This document shows positions 31,901 through 38,469 of a DNA stretch of 59,852 nucleotides, piece after piece. A model generated the notes under the pieces. The model was given only the letters and a program-made list of their open reading frames with translations, had not been told where the DNA came from and made no database searches. Position 1 is the stretch's first letter. Every line of letters begins with the position of its first letter. A program made the position numbers and the translations under genes. The stretch is taken from sequence record SRR20825006_1852; one strand, written 5' to 3'.

Positions 31901-33958
31901 GCAGATATCGATTCCATCGTGGAGCAGATCATTCGCGATGAGGTGACGGTTTTGGTTGGCGTTCCCTCTTGGATCGATCTGATCGCATCGCATCGCAAAT
32001 TTGCTCACTGCCATTCGCTGCGTCATGTGTGGATTGGTGGTGAGTCGATGCCTGAGAGTTTGCCACGTCTGATTCGTCGAAGCAGTGAAGCACAGATTTG
32101 GAATTGTTACGGTCCAACCGAAGCCGCGGTGGAAGCAACCGCGTATCGCATCAACGATGTGCATTCCGATCGTCGCATCCCGGTTGGATTGCCTGCTGAT
32201 CACACCGATGTGGTTGTGGTGGATTCCAATCATTTGGAAGTTCCACCGACTTTTGCCGGTGAAATTGCACTGGTTGGTGCCGGGTTGGCCGATGGCTACC
32301 TGGGCGATGAATCTTTAACCGAACAAAGGTTCGTGAACCTTCCCGATGGACGACGAGCTTATTTGACTGGAGATCAAGGACGCCGACGGGTGGACGGATT
32401 GGTCGAAGTGCTGGGACGCATGGATCGGCAAATCAAGGTTGGTGGTTATCGCATCGAGCCGACCGAAATCGAAACTGTTCTGCGGGACCATCCTGCGGTC
32501 GCACAGGTCGCCGTGGTGCCTCGTCATGTCGGCGATTCCGCCGCGACCAAATTGATCGCGTTCATCCAAATGGATTCGGTCGATGCCATTGCGAGCTCTA
32601 GTACCAACGGGACGGTTGAGCATCAGGCCAGTTGGAACGATGTGGTGCTGTTGTTGCAGCATCATGTGGCTGAACACTTGCCGCCTTACAAACGGCCAGC
32701 ACACATGCAACAAGTCGAGTCGTTCGAGACGACGGCGAGCGGCAAAGTCGATTTGAACGCGTTGCCCGAATTCGCGCCGGATGCATCTGATCTGTCGGTT
32801 CATCAGCCTCCTCGAACCGATTTGGAGCAACACCTCGCGGATCGTTGGACGGACGTTTTGGGAGTGCATTCGATTGGGATCAATCAGAGCTTCTTTGAGT
32901 TCGGTGGCAGTTCGCTTCAGGCTGCGATGCTGACGAACCGTTTGAGCGAAGACTTAGGTGTCGACGTTCCTTCTTCGTTGCTGTTTGATCTCGCCGATAT
33001 TTCCGCCATGGCGGGGCGATTGGCATCTCTGTATCCAAGCGAATTGTCGCGACGATTTGGGCAGGCATCGGTGGACTTCTATGCGGACGAATCCCACCTG
33101 CGAAACAACGGACTGAACGAATTGCTGGCTCCGCTGAAAGTGACCGGCGACCGGACTCCGTTGTTCATGGTCCACCCACCCGGCGGTATCGTTGTTTGCT
33201 ACCGAGAACTGGCGGCTCATTTGCCAGACGACCAGCCGATGTACGCGATCCGCGCACGAGGATTGCACGGAAAAGAAGAATTGCCATCGACGATGCAGGC
33301 GATGGCAGCAGAATATGTCGAGGCGATTCGCTCGGTTCGACCGGAAGGTCCGTACGTGATTGGCGGATGGTCGGTCGGCGGAGTCATTGCCATGGAAGTT
33401 GCTCAGCAGCTGATCGCCGATAGGAATGAAGTCGAGGGGCTGATTCTGTTGGATTCGTCGATTCCAAGCGGTGCCAGCGATTTGGTTCCCGCCGAGGACC
33501 AAACTAACGTGGGATTGGAATACGGCATCGATTTGTCGTTGGATGAATTGCTGCAACTACCGAGCGAAGAGCAATTGCCTTTCCTTTGGCAACACGCGGA
33601 AAAACTGGGAGTGCTTGACCAAAACACGCCCGCCGACGTGGCTGCTCGGGCGATTGACGATTTGAAGACCCTCTTCCACCACCATCTGAAATTGACCACC
33701 CAGTACAAGATGCAACCCATCGAGACACGGATCGTGCTGTTCCGGCCAACCGACGTACCGTTTGAAACCGAAGGCAGTGCCGATCGAGGGTGGTCACACT
33801 TGGCCGAAGGGGTCGATGTCATCTCGACGCCCGGTCATCACCACAGCATGGTGCAGGATCCTCACGTCAAGCAATTGGCACAGTCAATTTGCGAAACGTT
33901 GGGTGCAAACAGTCTCGCGAGCGAAGCGAATTCCAACGTAAGCCACGCCGGTGGCTGA
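22961..33958 (+). CDS. Hybrid type I PKS-NRPS megasynthase (KS-AT-DH-ER-KR-ACP-C-A-PCP-TE)
   Basis: KS: DTACSSS, HGTGT, NIGHLE. AT: GQGPQW, GHSVG, YAFHS. DH: HRVRSAAMFP, HPAVLDSCFH. ER: LNFSD, HAASGGVG. KR: GGLGGFG, VLEDK, YSAAN. ACP: GLDSL. C: HHIVVD. A: YTSGTTGVPKG, YGPTE, YLTGD, SGKVD. PCP: GGSSL. TE: GWSVG. Confidence 0.95.
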   Translation: MSDRPRTQTNFSKIGIGVRNEPLAVVGIGCRFPGDANDPSAFWDLLASGTDAISKTPEDRWNLKKFYRPDEPMLGKTQSQWGGYVRGIDQFDPTLFGISPREAAAMDPQQRMLLEVAYRAMEDGGAPLGSLAGRPVAVFTGISSIDYAVASLSFEDRGELGPYTNTGSSSSIAANRISYCFDLRGPSVAVDTACSSSLVALHMACQAIWNGEAETALAGGVNALIMPDFYVAFSQLGVLSPDGRCKTFDSRANGYARSEGAGMVMLKPLREAQKNGDRIYCTIRATALNQDGRTPGLTVPSGEQQERLVKRTCELAEVDPADVQYFEAHGTGTAVGDPIEAGALGRVIASSSQKREAPCRIGSVKTNIGHLEAGAGIASLIKVALSMHHQAIPPHLHLQTPNPEIDLSGWNLHIPTHLESWDADGPARIAGINGFGYGGANGHVIVEEAPRRSKSKASVVLDSGRAAESSNRNTSALVLPVSATDRKSLANVASHWNEWLSENTDVGKDSLGMVAVAGTAAHYRTHHDVRTLVVGEDFESLRDELTHLSESLRSNDNANEAAVVPSRLTSEERSRGIVFLCCGQGPQWWAMGRGLYRDNMVFRKTIERIDAEFRKHASEWSLIEELHRDSETTRMNRTSIAQPALFAIQVAQAEMWTSVGIRPSLIIGHSVGEIAAAHLSGGLDFADACRVAIHRGRTMDLATSRGAMIAVGLTEQEATKRIAGLAKIDPKMPESVAIAAVNGPASITLSGDSEAIERLATSIEEDGIFCRRLAVEYAFHSPQMDPVREELLRSLDGIQTRPLHTPMISTVTGRAIDESDSLAGDYWWTNVRKGVRFADAVMTAARSGYGVGVELGPHPVLAFATTECYGHTSQNIQLIATARRPKPDPTAGDLELFDHDESQWLDGVSDLFSFGFDLDWSGLISRPSERAELPLYPMQRQSLWTESEQSRRSRLMISVHPLLGDPDPSADPVFRGRIDGDNQAYLFDHRVRSAAMFPAAAGLEMSLAGTLSVLSRASELAGDPAPNRIRLQRLQLLNALILDESQPHRLETSLAGDRRSIEIRYREIPGEAWTSLLAATHGTPSPIDADTKRAELIAGRERCLQSFNDKDCYDYCQSIGLNYGPAFQGIRQGVRRDGESIATVRLDESVRTPAFDAEASLYLVHPAVLDSCFHAMVVCDPLFGRSPGGLYLPHEMEDVQIDLEQIQSAGLDRDLTVHAKIRLKTEHRLLADLDLFLDDGTHVGSIVGFESRRVGAESEQSTKDLMYRYRWQVDDSEEIPVTENEKFVVFSPADLADELVRGWGKSREEFIWVHPIQDPSQQPTQFVGDKSVEQECYWVDADDAQSFSRLWDELGVSASTDNWHLVYLWAIDAVDPLSLEAMSSKQASDALRDSTLVTTRAPLNLVQSWEAIADRPQTRLTMVTLGAQSGDELDQPVSAIQMPLVGIGRVIVSEIGSLRTRLVDCDPNANFPLQGLAAEWLRDDAEDEVMLREGVRYVHRFVPDMHRELQSSLLGSDERPACRLTKGAASGVDELKHQAFGRSEPGTGEVEIQVAGAGLNFSDVMKVLDLYPGLPPGPVALGAEVSGVVTAVGEDVDGFVIGDDVIAVAPGGFATHVMVNAALVAKAPASIDLVDASAIPVAWLTADHAMNTCARLRDDESILIHAASGGVGLAAIEVAQELGVEVFATAGSDLKRDHVRSMGVEHVHDSRSLNFVSEIANLTEARGEPGIDAILNSLPGEAIPAGMSLLRVGGRFLEIGKRDIYADQSLGMYPLRNNLAFFAIDLDQLFQQQAIRMGKRLREVVQKFNSKIYRGHEPKRFEATEAASAFRFMQQAKHIGKVIVDYTSPPAKVRARDDGEFQFRADGTYWLAGGLGGFGLRVADWMSESGAGTLVLSGRSKTVRDQAVPVIERMRSRGTQVVVLPCDITDPDDIQRTLDQIDEELPPLRGVLHTAMVLEDKMIVDLDRETLDRVLWPKVLGGWNLHQATRNRVLDQFILFSSLSSVFGHAGQANYSAANALLDGLAHHRRVSGLPATVINWGHLGEVGYLAEREELSERLRRQGVLDFSSTEATECLARALHRGSTQCSVLRMDWSRWRGLGLTKDVSPRFAHLIRGGNDAEQTINGESLRQIAASDRERCLHEVVSVKLASLLGGNVAELDADRPMLEMGLDSLMAVELRNWIEGQLQLKLQIGALMRGSSLRSLVATLSDSLAMETGDASGSSTRVGTGVQEDIADDPAMQDRQRYPMSDQQTGLWYAFRRNRNGTAFNVFLPTRLRAPLDVDALRKSIEGVVQRHAALRTTFTDSSGELQQIVHDELKPEFVVEDWSTSNGRMHTEDELLQSVVAETQRPFDLQNGPMMRIRLFRLADDDWVVVATTHHIVVDFWSLILILGEIKQFYPQYLVGDSPAIVPPEKDYFELVLRQRHLLNLPRGQSLKEYWTTTLADVPKVLEIPTDRIRPTTFTQSAKVVGIECAEEVGVAINRVARQAQVTSSSVVMAALQVMLKRASGQDKFVIGSPFAGRTYSDLEDTVGFFVNMLPLVADVSGNPTFVDLVRRAGDRLVDSMQHEEYPFAQIVRDVDPPRDTGRSPLIQVSCTFEKAHVREEEGRAGYLFPSATEVKEIGGLKQESFPVPHQTCHYDLEFIFEMTGDHLGGMIVFCQDLYEADTMRAMADQFVALLGKLVAEPDAPIDTIQTIEVASRPSGNSNASRNGAAKNEHQTLNALIADAANRTDQSMESESHARSIAGSNGRRSFNRLFRSPKLKPASPSLSYSAESIAPGSIATRELIARRLRSHHVELGDFVPVLAKPGKRAVDLILSLQQIGAVPVPLDATRPSVLLDLVLKQTNAKTIVVDDPGDIEISGVRKLTWDQLTGTQNGASNGNGKSSANGNAKSTVVSSSDAAYVIYTSGTTGVPKGVIVSHGAIANTLRWRGRITPLNSADKMLMPLSHQFDAGLGMTLFAYSQGAEVIWPSAENVADIDSIVEQIIRDEVTVLVGVPSWIDLIASHRKFAHCHSLRHVWIGGESMPESLPRLIRRSSEAQIWNCYGPTEAAVEATAYRINDVHSDRRIPVGLPADHTDVVVVDSNHLEVPPTFAGEIALVGAGLADGYLGDESLTEQRFVNLPDGRRAYLTGDQGRRRVDGLVEVLGRMDRQIKVGGYRIEPTEIETVLRDHPAVAQVAVVPRHVGDSAATKLIAFIQMDSVDAIASSSTNGTVEHQASWNDVVLLLQHHVAEHLPPYKRPAHMQQVESFETTASGKVDLNALPEFAPDASDLSVHQPPRTDLEQHLADRWTDVLGVHSIGINQSFFEFGGSSLQAAMLTNRLSEDLGVDVPSSLLFDLADISAMAGRLASLYPSELSRRFGQASVDFYADESHLRNNGLNELLAPLKVTGDRTPLFMVHPPGGIVVCYRELAAHLPDDQPMYAIRARGLHGKEELPSTMQAMAAEYVEAIRSVRPEGPYVIGGWSVGGVIAMEVAQQLIADRNEVEGLILLDSSIPSGASDLVPAEDQTNVGLEYGIDLSLDELLQLPSEEQLPFLWQHAEKLGVLDQNTPADVAARAIDDLKTLFHHHLKLTTQYKMQPIETRIVLFRPTDVPFETEGSADRGWSHLAEGVDVISTPGHHHSMVQDPHVKQLAQSICETLGANSLASEANSNVSHAGG

Positions 33959-34895
33959 ACCAACGAAGCATTCGCATGGCGGTGAGTTGAAGATAGGATT
34001 GGTGTGCGCCTTGTTGGCTCACACGATGTGGGGGCTGTTTCCGATCTACTGGCGACAAATTGGCAATGCCGATTCGACGGAATTGGTTTGCCACCGGATC
34101 GTATGGTCGTTCGTGACGCTAGGGTTAGTGCTGCCCGTGATGCTGTGGCGGGGACGCTGGGGTGGTTTTCGAGTCGTCTACCAGCAGCTACGCAGTCGAA
34201 AAGTATGGGCGGTTTACTCCATCGCCGCCGTGATGATCGCGATCAATTGGTTGGCGTTTATTTGGGCGGTCAACAACAACCGCGTTTTGGAAGCATCGTT
34301 GGGATACTACATCAACCCACTGCTCAACGTGGTTTTGGGAGTTGTAGTCTTGGGCGAACGCCTGCGGTGGCCGCAATGGATGGCGGTTGGATTCGCGGCG
34401 GTTGGTGTGTCTGTGATGGCGATTGGCAATGGAGGTTTGCCGTGGGTATCGATGGCGATGGCAACTTCGTTTGCGATCTACGGGCTGGTCAAAAAGAAAG
34501 CCTCGCTGCCAGTGCTGCTTGGGCTGATGTTGGAAGTCACCTTGCTGGTGGTTCCGGCAGCGATCTATTTGGGAATGCGTTTGGCGGACGGTGTGTCCAC
34601 CATGCAGACCGGCACCACGATCGAATTTGGAATGCTGCTTGGTGCAGGGCTGATCACCATCGCACCGCTGGCGTTTTTCGCGGCGGCGGTACAGCGAGTG
34701 GATTTGTCGCTGATGGGGATCCTGCAATACATCGGTCCAACGTTGCAGTTTTTGGTTGGCTATGTCTTGTTTGGGGAGACGCTCGATTTGCCGCGCAAGA
34801 TTGGTTTCGTATTTGTATGGACCGGGCTGCTGATTTTTTTGCTGGCGTCCCAGTTCAAGCGAAGAAGGCCAGCGCTGGTTGCAGAGGCCAGCTAG
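33951..34895 (+). CDS. rarD: EamA-family transporter RarD
   Basis: WGLFPIYW, HRIVWS, NWLAFIWAV, EASLGYYINPL, GERL and GILQYIGPTLQF motifs; overlaps the PKS-NRPS end by 8 bp. Confidence 0.9.
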   Translation: MAEPTKHSHGGELKIGLVCALLAHTMWGLFPIYWRQIGNADSTELVCHRIVWSFVTLGLVLPVMLWRGRWGGFRVVYQQLRSRKVWAVYSIAAVMIAINWLAFIWAVNNNRVLEASLGYYINPLLNVVLGVVVLGERLRWPQWMAVGFAAVGVSVMAIGNGGLPWVSMAMATSFAIYGLVKKKASLPVLLGLMLEVTLLVVPAAIYLGMRLADGVSTMQTGTTIEFGMLLGAGLITIAPLAFFAAAVQRVDLSLMGILQYIGPTLQFLVGYVLFGETLDLPRKIGFVFVWTGLLIFLLASQFKRRRPALVAEAS

Positions 34896-34956
34896 AGAAG
34901 GGTGGCCAGCTGATCTGACACTTGAATCGGCAACATCATTTTGCCGAAGGCATCGT

Positions 34957-35643
34957 TCAGTAGATTTGGATCTCGATTGGCGTTTCGCCATTGGCGGGGC
35001 GATCGATCACAGCGTCGTCAAATGCGGGTGGTCCGAACTTGCCGCGTGCATCGTTGCTGAATCCGTATCGTTCAGCGGGAATGCCAAACTGATTTCGCGA
35101 CAAAGCACCGTCGTTGTCAGTGTCATGAAATGCGGCGATCGCGAATCGTGTCGGAAGTTGATCGATGGGGATCGTGCAGGCTGCCACACCGTTGGGCTGC
35201 ACGGGAACCTGTGCGGCAACCAACGCATTTTCAGGATTGTTGAAAGATGTCTCCGCGTTGTAGATCGCCAGCCAAACCAATGCGTCCCCCGGGATCGCAC
35301 CGATCACACGGATCATGATTTGGTCGGTCGAACCGTTGGCTGCCTGGAGGGCGACTTCGCCACTGGCAAGATCCAGAGCGGTCAACTGTTCGTTGTTTGG
35401 TGGGTCGATGCTGGACGCGTCAGGAAAAGCGGGGGGGCGGAATTGATTTTGTCGGTAGGTAAGGACGCCGATCCCAGTCAGAAAAACGAGTGTCGCGAAA
35501 ACCATCAGCAGCGACCCGTGGTTCTGCTGCCATCGCTCCGGGAGTGATTGCCAAGCGTTCCAGCTTGGTTCCAACTCGACCTCTTCGATGGGGTCGGAGG
35601 TGACTTCTGTTTGGGATTCGAACCCGTTTTCCATCTGTTTCAT
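34957..35643 (-). CDS. DUF2141 domain membrane-anchored protein
   Basis: Single TM segment followed by FAIAAFHDTDNDGAL..NQFGIPAERYGFSNDA..FGPPAFDDA; start codon uncertain (35643 or 35652). Confidence 0.8.
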   Translation of the reverse strand: MKQMENGFESQTEVTSDPIEEVELEPSWNAWQSLPERWQQNHGSLLMVFATLVFLTGIGVLTYRQNQFRPPAFPDASSIDPPNNEQLTALDLASGEVALQAANGSTDQIMIRVIGAIPGDALVWLAIYNAETSFNNPENALVAAQVPVQPNGVAACTIPIDQLPTRFAIAAFHDTDNDGALSRNQFGIPAERYGFSNDARGKFGPPAFDDAVIDRPANGETPIEIQIY

Positions 35644-35895
35644 TCCCGACAAGATTCACCCGAGTGGGCTCTTATTTCGCTCCAGCGACAGCATTTCGCG
35701 AGATCCAGGGACGAATCGATTGCAGAAGAGGCTGGTCCAGAGCATCGCCGATTGCGGACACCGCGTCGTTCAGGGTAACCGAAAATTGCGATCGATGCGA
35801 TGAAGCGAATCACGCAGCAACTTCCTCAAACTGAGTTCGGGAAGGGTTTCGCAAATCCGATGCTTGTCTTACACTGGACGCTGCGATCTGCCCGA

Positions 35896-35989
35896 TGGTG
35901 GCGACCCTTGCGACTGTGAGTCGTGAACCTGGTCAGGCCTTAACTGGAGCAGCCATAAGCGGTGTAACTTTGTGTGAGGGTTGCCGCCA
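35896..35989 (+). ncRNA. ffs: Signal recognition particle RNA (4.5S, small bacterial type)
   Basis: Closing stem TGGTGGCGACCCT / AGGGTTGCCGCCA; helix-8 core GGTCAGG-CCT-TAAC-TGG-AGCAGCC; located upstream of dnaX-ybaB-recR, a common synteny. Ends are approximate. Confidence 0.85.
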
Positions 35990-36048
35990 CCGAGCAGACG
36001 CAATTGCCAGCCGTTTTCCTGCCCGTTTCTACGACTTCACGTGAATCT

Positions 36049-38004
36049 GTGAGCGACGATCAATCTGCGGACAACGGTTCTTACGTCGTTGTCGCAAGAC
36101 GATATCGGCCACGGGACTTCACGCAACTTGTTGGCCAGGATCACGTTGCCCGAGCTTTGCAGGGCGCGATCGAGACTTCTCGAGTGGGGCATGCCTACCT
36201 GTTCACGGGGGCTCGCGGGGTCGGCAAGACCAGCACGGCTCGGATCTTCGCCAAGGCTTTGAATCACCCCGATGGTCCGACCGCGAATCCGGACAATGAA
36301 AGCGACGTCGCTCAGGCGATCGATTCCGGAGAAGACGTTGATGTGATCGAAATCGACGGTGCCAGCAATCGCGGTATCGATGAGATTCGATCGTTGCGAG
36401 CCAACGTTGGTGTTCGCCCCAGTCGATCGCGATACAAAATCTACATCATCGACGAGGTTCATATGCTGACGGGGGCCGCGTTCAACGCGCTCCTGAAGAC
36501 GCTCGAAGAACCGCCCGAGCACGTCAAGTTTATCTTTTGCACGACGGACCCTGAAAAGATTCCGATCACGGTGCTCAGTCGTTGTCAGCGATTCGATTTC
36601 GCTCCGGTTGAGAGCGACAAGATCGTGCAGCGTCTGCGCGAGATCGTCGAAGCCGAAGACAACACCGTTGAAGACGAAGCGTTGGAATTGTTGGCGCGTC
36701 GCGCTGCTGGCTCGATGCGAGACAGCCAATCCTTGCTCGAGCAAGTTCTGAGTTTTAGTGACGGTCACCTGACTGCGGACCATGTCCACACGATGTTAGG
36801 GACAGCCGACGATCAGCGACTGCATCGATTGGCAGAAGCCATGGCCGATCGAGATGCATCGGCTGCTCTATCGCAAATTGACGAAGCGATCGCAGCGGGT
36901 GTCGACGCGGGACGTTTGGCGGAACAAATGCTTGGGTACTTCCGCGACTTGATGGCGGTCGCCGTGGGGTGCGAAGCATCGCTGATGCGATATGCGGCTG
37001 CATCGATGCACGGTTCGCTCGGTGAGCTGGCCAGACGTTGGGGGCTACAAACGGTGCTCGCGATCGTTGGCTTGGTCGACGAAACGTTGGTTCGAATTCG
37101 ACATAGCGTTCATGCCCGCGTCTTGCTCGAAGCGACCGTGATTCAAATTTGCCATCTGCCTGATTTGCAAGCGATCTCGGATTTGACCGCGGCAGCGTCT
37201 GGCGCAGGTGGCGGCAAATCGGCGGGCGAAAAAAAAAAGCGAGCCGCGGTAGCTAGTTCGCCACCGAGTTCGGCAGCAGCACCACCATCCGCGGTCCCTT
37301 CCAGTTCAACGTCGCCCGCGGCCGGCTCGGACGCGAAGGTTCGAGTGGATTCTCCGGCCGCACCGTCTGGAGATCATCGAGCCACGACAAGTGCGACTGC
37401 TTCCGTCGCTGCAGGCGTTCCTTCTGGCACGCCGCCCGTCGATTCGGGGCAAACTGCAGCGACATCTTCGCAGCCTGCACCTCAGTCTCAGGCAGTTCCA
37501 TCTGGTGGTGTTGCCACCGCCGTCGCCACACTGCCGCAGAGCGAGGGTGCCGAGAATTCGGCCACCGCAAACGAATCAACGACATCCACGGACGGATATC
37601 CGCTGATTTCGGGTGACGAAGCAACGTCAAGTTGGTCGCAGGTTCTGCAGGAGATGGATCCGATGACGGCGACGTTGGCAAAGGCAGCTGAGCGAGTTGA
37701 TTCACCGGAGCCTGGTGTCCTTCGGATGATCTTTCCTGGTAATTCTGGGTTGGCGTTCAGTCGTTGCCAGATGCCCGAGCACAAAGAGGAAATCCTCCGT
37801 ACGCTTTCACGGGTCACTGGCCGGCGTGCTACCTTGCAGTTTGAGGCGACCGCTGTCAAAAAAATCGAACCGGTCGCTGCGGCGAAACCGAAGAACAAAA
37901 ATCGAATGCAACGAATGCGTGAGATACAAGCCAACCCGTTGGTTCAGTCTTGCGTCGAATTGCTGGGGGCAGAAATCGTTCGAGTCGACACTCCTCGCGG
38001 TTGA
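36049..38004 (+). CDS. dnaX: DNA polymerase III subunit gamma/tau
   Basis: ARRYRP, HAYLFTGARGVGKTS, EIDGASNRG, IIDEVHML, FNALLKTLEEPP, SRCQRF and GSMRD motifs; start placed at GTG 36049 because the track start overlaps ffs. Confidence 0.95.
   Translation: MSDDQSADNGSYVVVARRYRPRDFTQLVGQDHVARALQGAIETSRVGHAYLFTGARGVGKTSTARIFAKALNHPDGPTANPDNESDVAQAIDSGEDVDVIEIDGASNRGIDEIRSLRANVGVRPSRSRYKIYIIDEVHMLTGAAFNALLKTLEEPPEHVKFIFCTTDPEKIPITVLSRCQRFDFAPVESDKIVQRLREIVEAEDNTVEDEALELLARRAAGSMRDSQSLLEQVLSFSDGHLTADHVHTMLGTADDQRLHRLAEAMADRDASAALSQIDEAIAAGVDAGRLAEQMLGYFRDLMAVAVGCEASLMRYAAASMHGSLGELARRWGLQTVLAIVGLVDETLVRIRHSVHARVLLEATVIQICHLPDLQAISDLTAAASGAGGGKSAGEKKKRAAVASSPPSSAAAPPSAVPSSSTSPAAGSDAKVRVDSPAAPSGDHRATTSATASVAAGVPSGTPPVDSGQTAATSSQPAPQSQAVPSGGVATAVATLPQSEGAENSATANESTTSTDGYPLISGDEATSSWSQVLQEMDPMTATLAKAAERVDSPEPGVLRMIFPGNSGLAFSRCQMPEHKEEILRTLSRVTGRRATLQFEATAVKKIEPVAAAKPKNKNRMQRMREIQANPLVQSCVELLGAEIVRVDTPRG
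37228..37256 (+). other. Slippery A10G run in dnaX followed by stop codons in both alternative frames
   Basis: G-AAAAAAAAAA-GCGAGCCGCGGTAGCTAG; TAG at 37250-37252 (+1 frame) and TAG at 37254-37256 (-1 frame). Confidence 0.75.
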
Positions 38005-38082
38005 GGCTGGTCGATGCGTCTGTCTCTCGGCACATAATCTTTCATTTGTCATCCCTGACTCTCGTTCCACTGGATTGGACCC

Positions 38083-38469
38083 ATGTTCAAAGGCCTCGGC
38101 AATCTCGGCAACATCGCATCGATGGTTGGCAAGCTGCAAGAAATTCCGCAGAAGATGCAGGAGCTCAACGAGCAAATGAGGAGTGAGCGTGTCTCGGCCA
38201 GTTCGTCATGCAATCACGTTGAAGTGGTGATGAATGGGATCGGTGAGGTTCAGTCGGTCGAAATTGCGCCAGAAATTTTGGGCGTCGGTGGCGGCGAAGT
38301 GGTTGCCCCCGAAGACCTTCAGCATGCCATTCGTGACGCAACCAACGCGGCGGGAGCGGCTGCAAAGCAGCTGTACGCCAGTGCGATCAGCCAGCTTGCA
38401 TCCGACATGGATTTGAACATGCCCGGTGTCGATGGGTTGCTGTCGAGTTTGACAGGCGGCAATGGATGA
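38083..38469 (+). CDS. ybaB: YbaB/EbfC family nucleoid-associated protein
   Basis: Located between dnaX and recR; KMQELNEQM, VEVVMNG and LQHAIRDATN pattern. Confidence 0.85.
   Translation: MFKGLGNLGNIASMVGKLQEIPQKMQELNEQMRSERVSASSSCNHVEVVMNGIGEVQSVEIAPEILGVGGGEVVAPEDLQHAIRDATNAAGAAAKQLYASAISQLASDMDLNMPGVDGLLSSLTGGNG

Noticed and set aside
34004-34918. 304-aa alternative-frame ORF over rarD
   Set aside because: It lies on the same strand almost entirely within a well-supported gene and has no recognisable motifs; such ORFs are expected in GC-rich coding DNA.
35974-36048. Upstream GTG start for dnaX given by the ORF track
   Set aside because: It overlaps the 3' stem of the SRP RNA, and recognisable DnaX sequence begins only after 36049.
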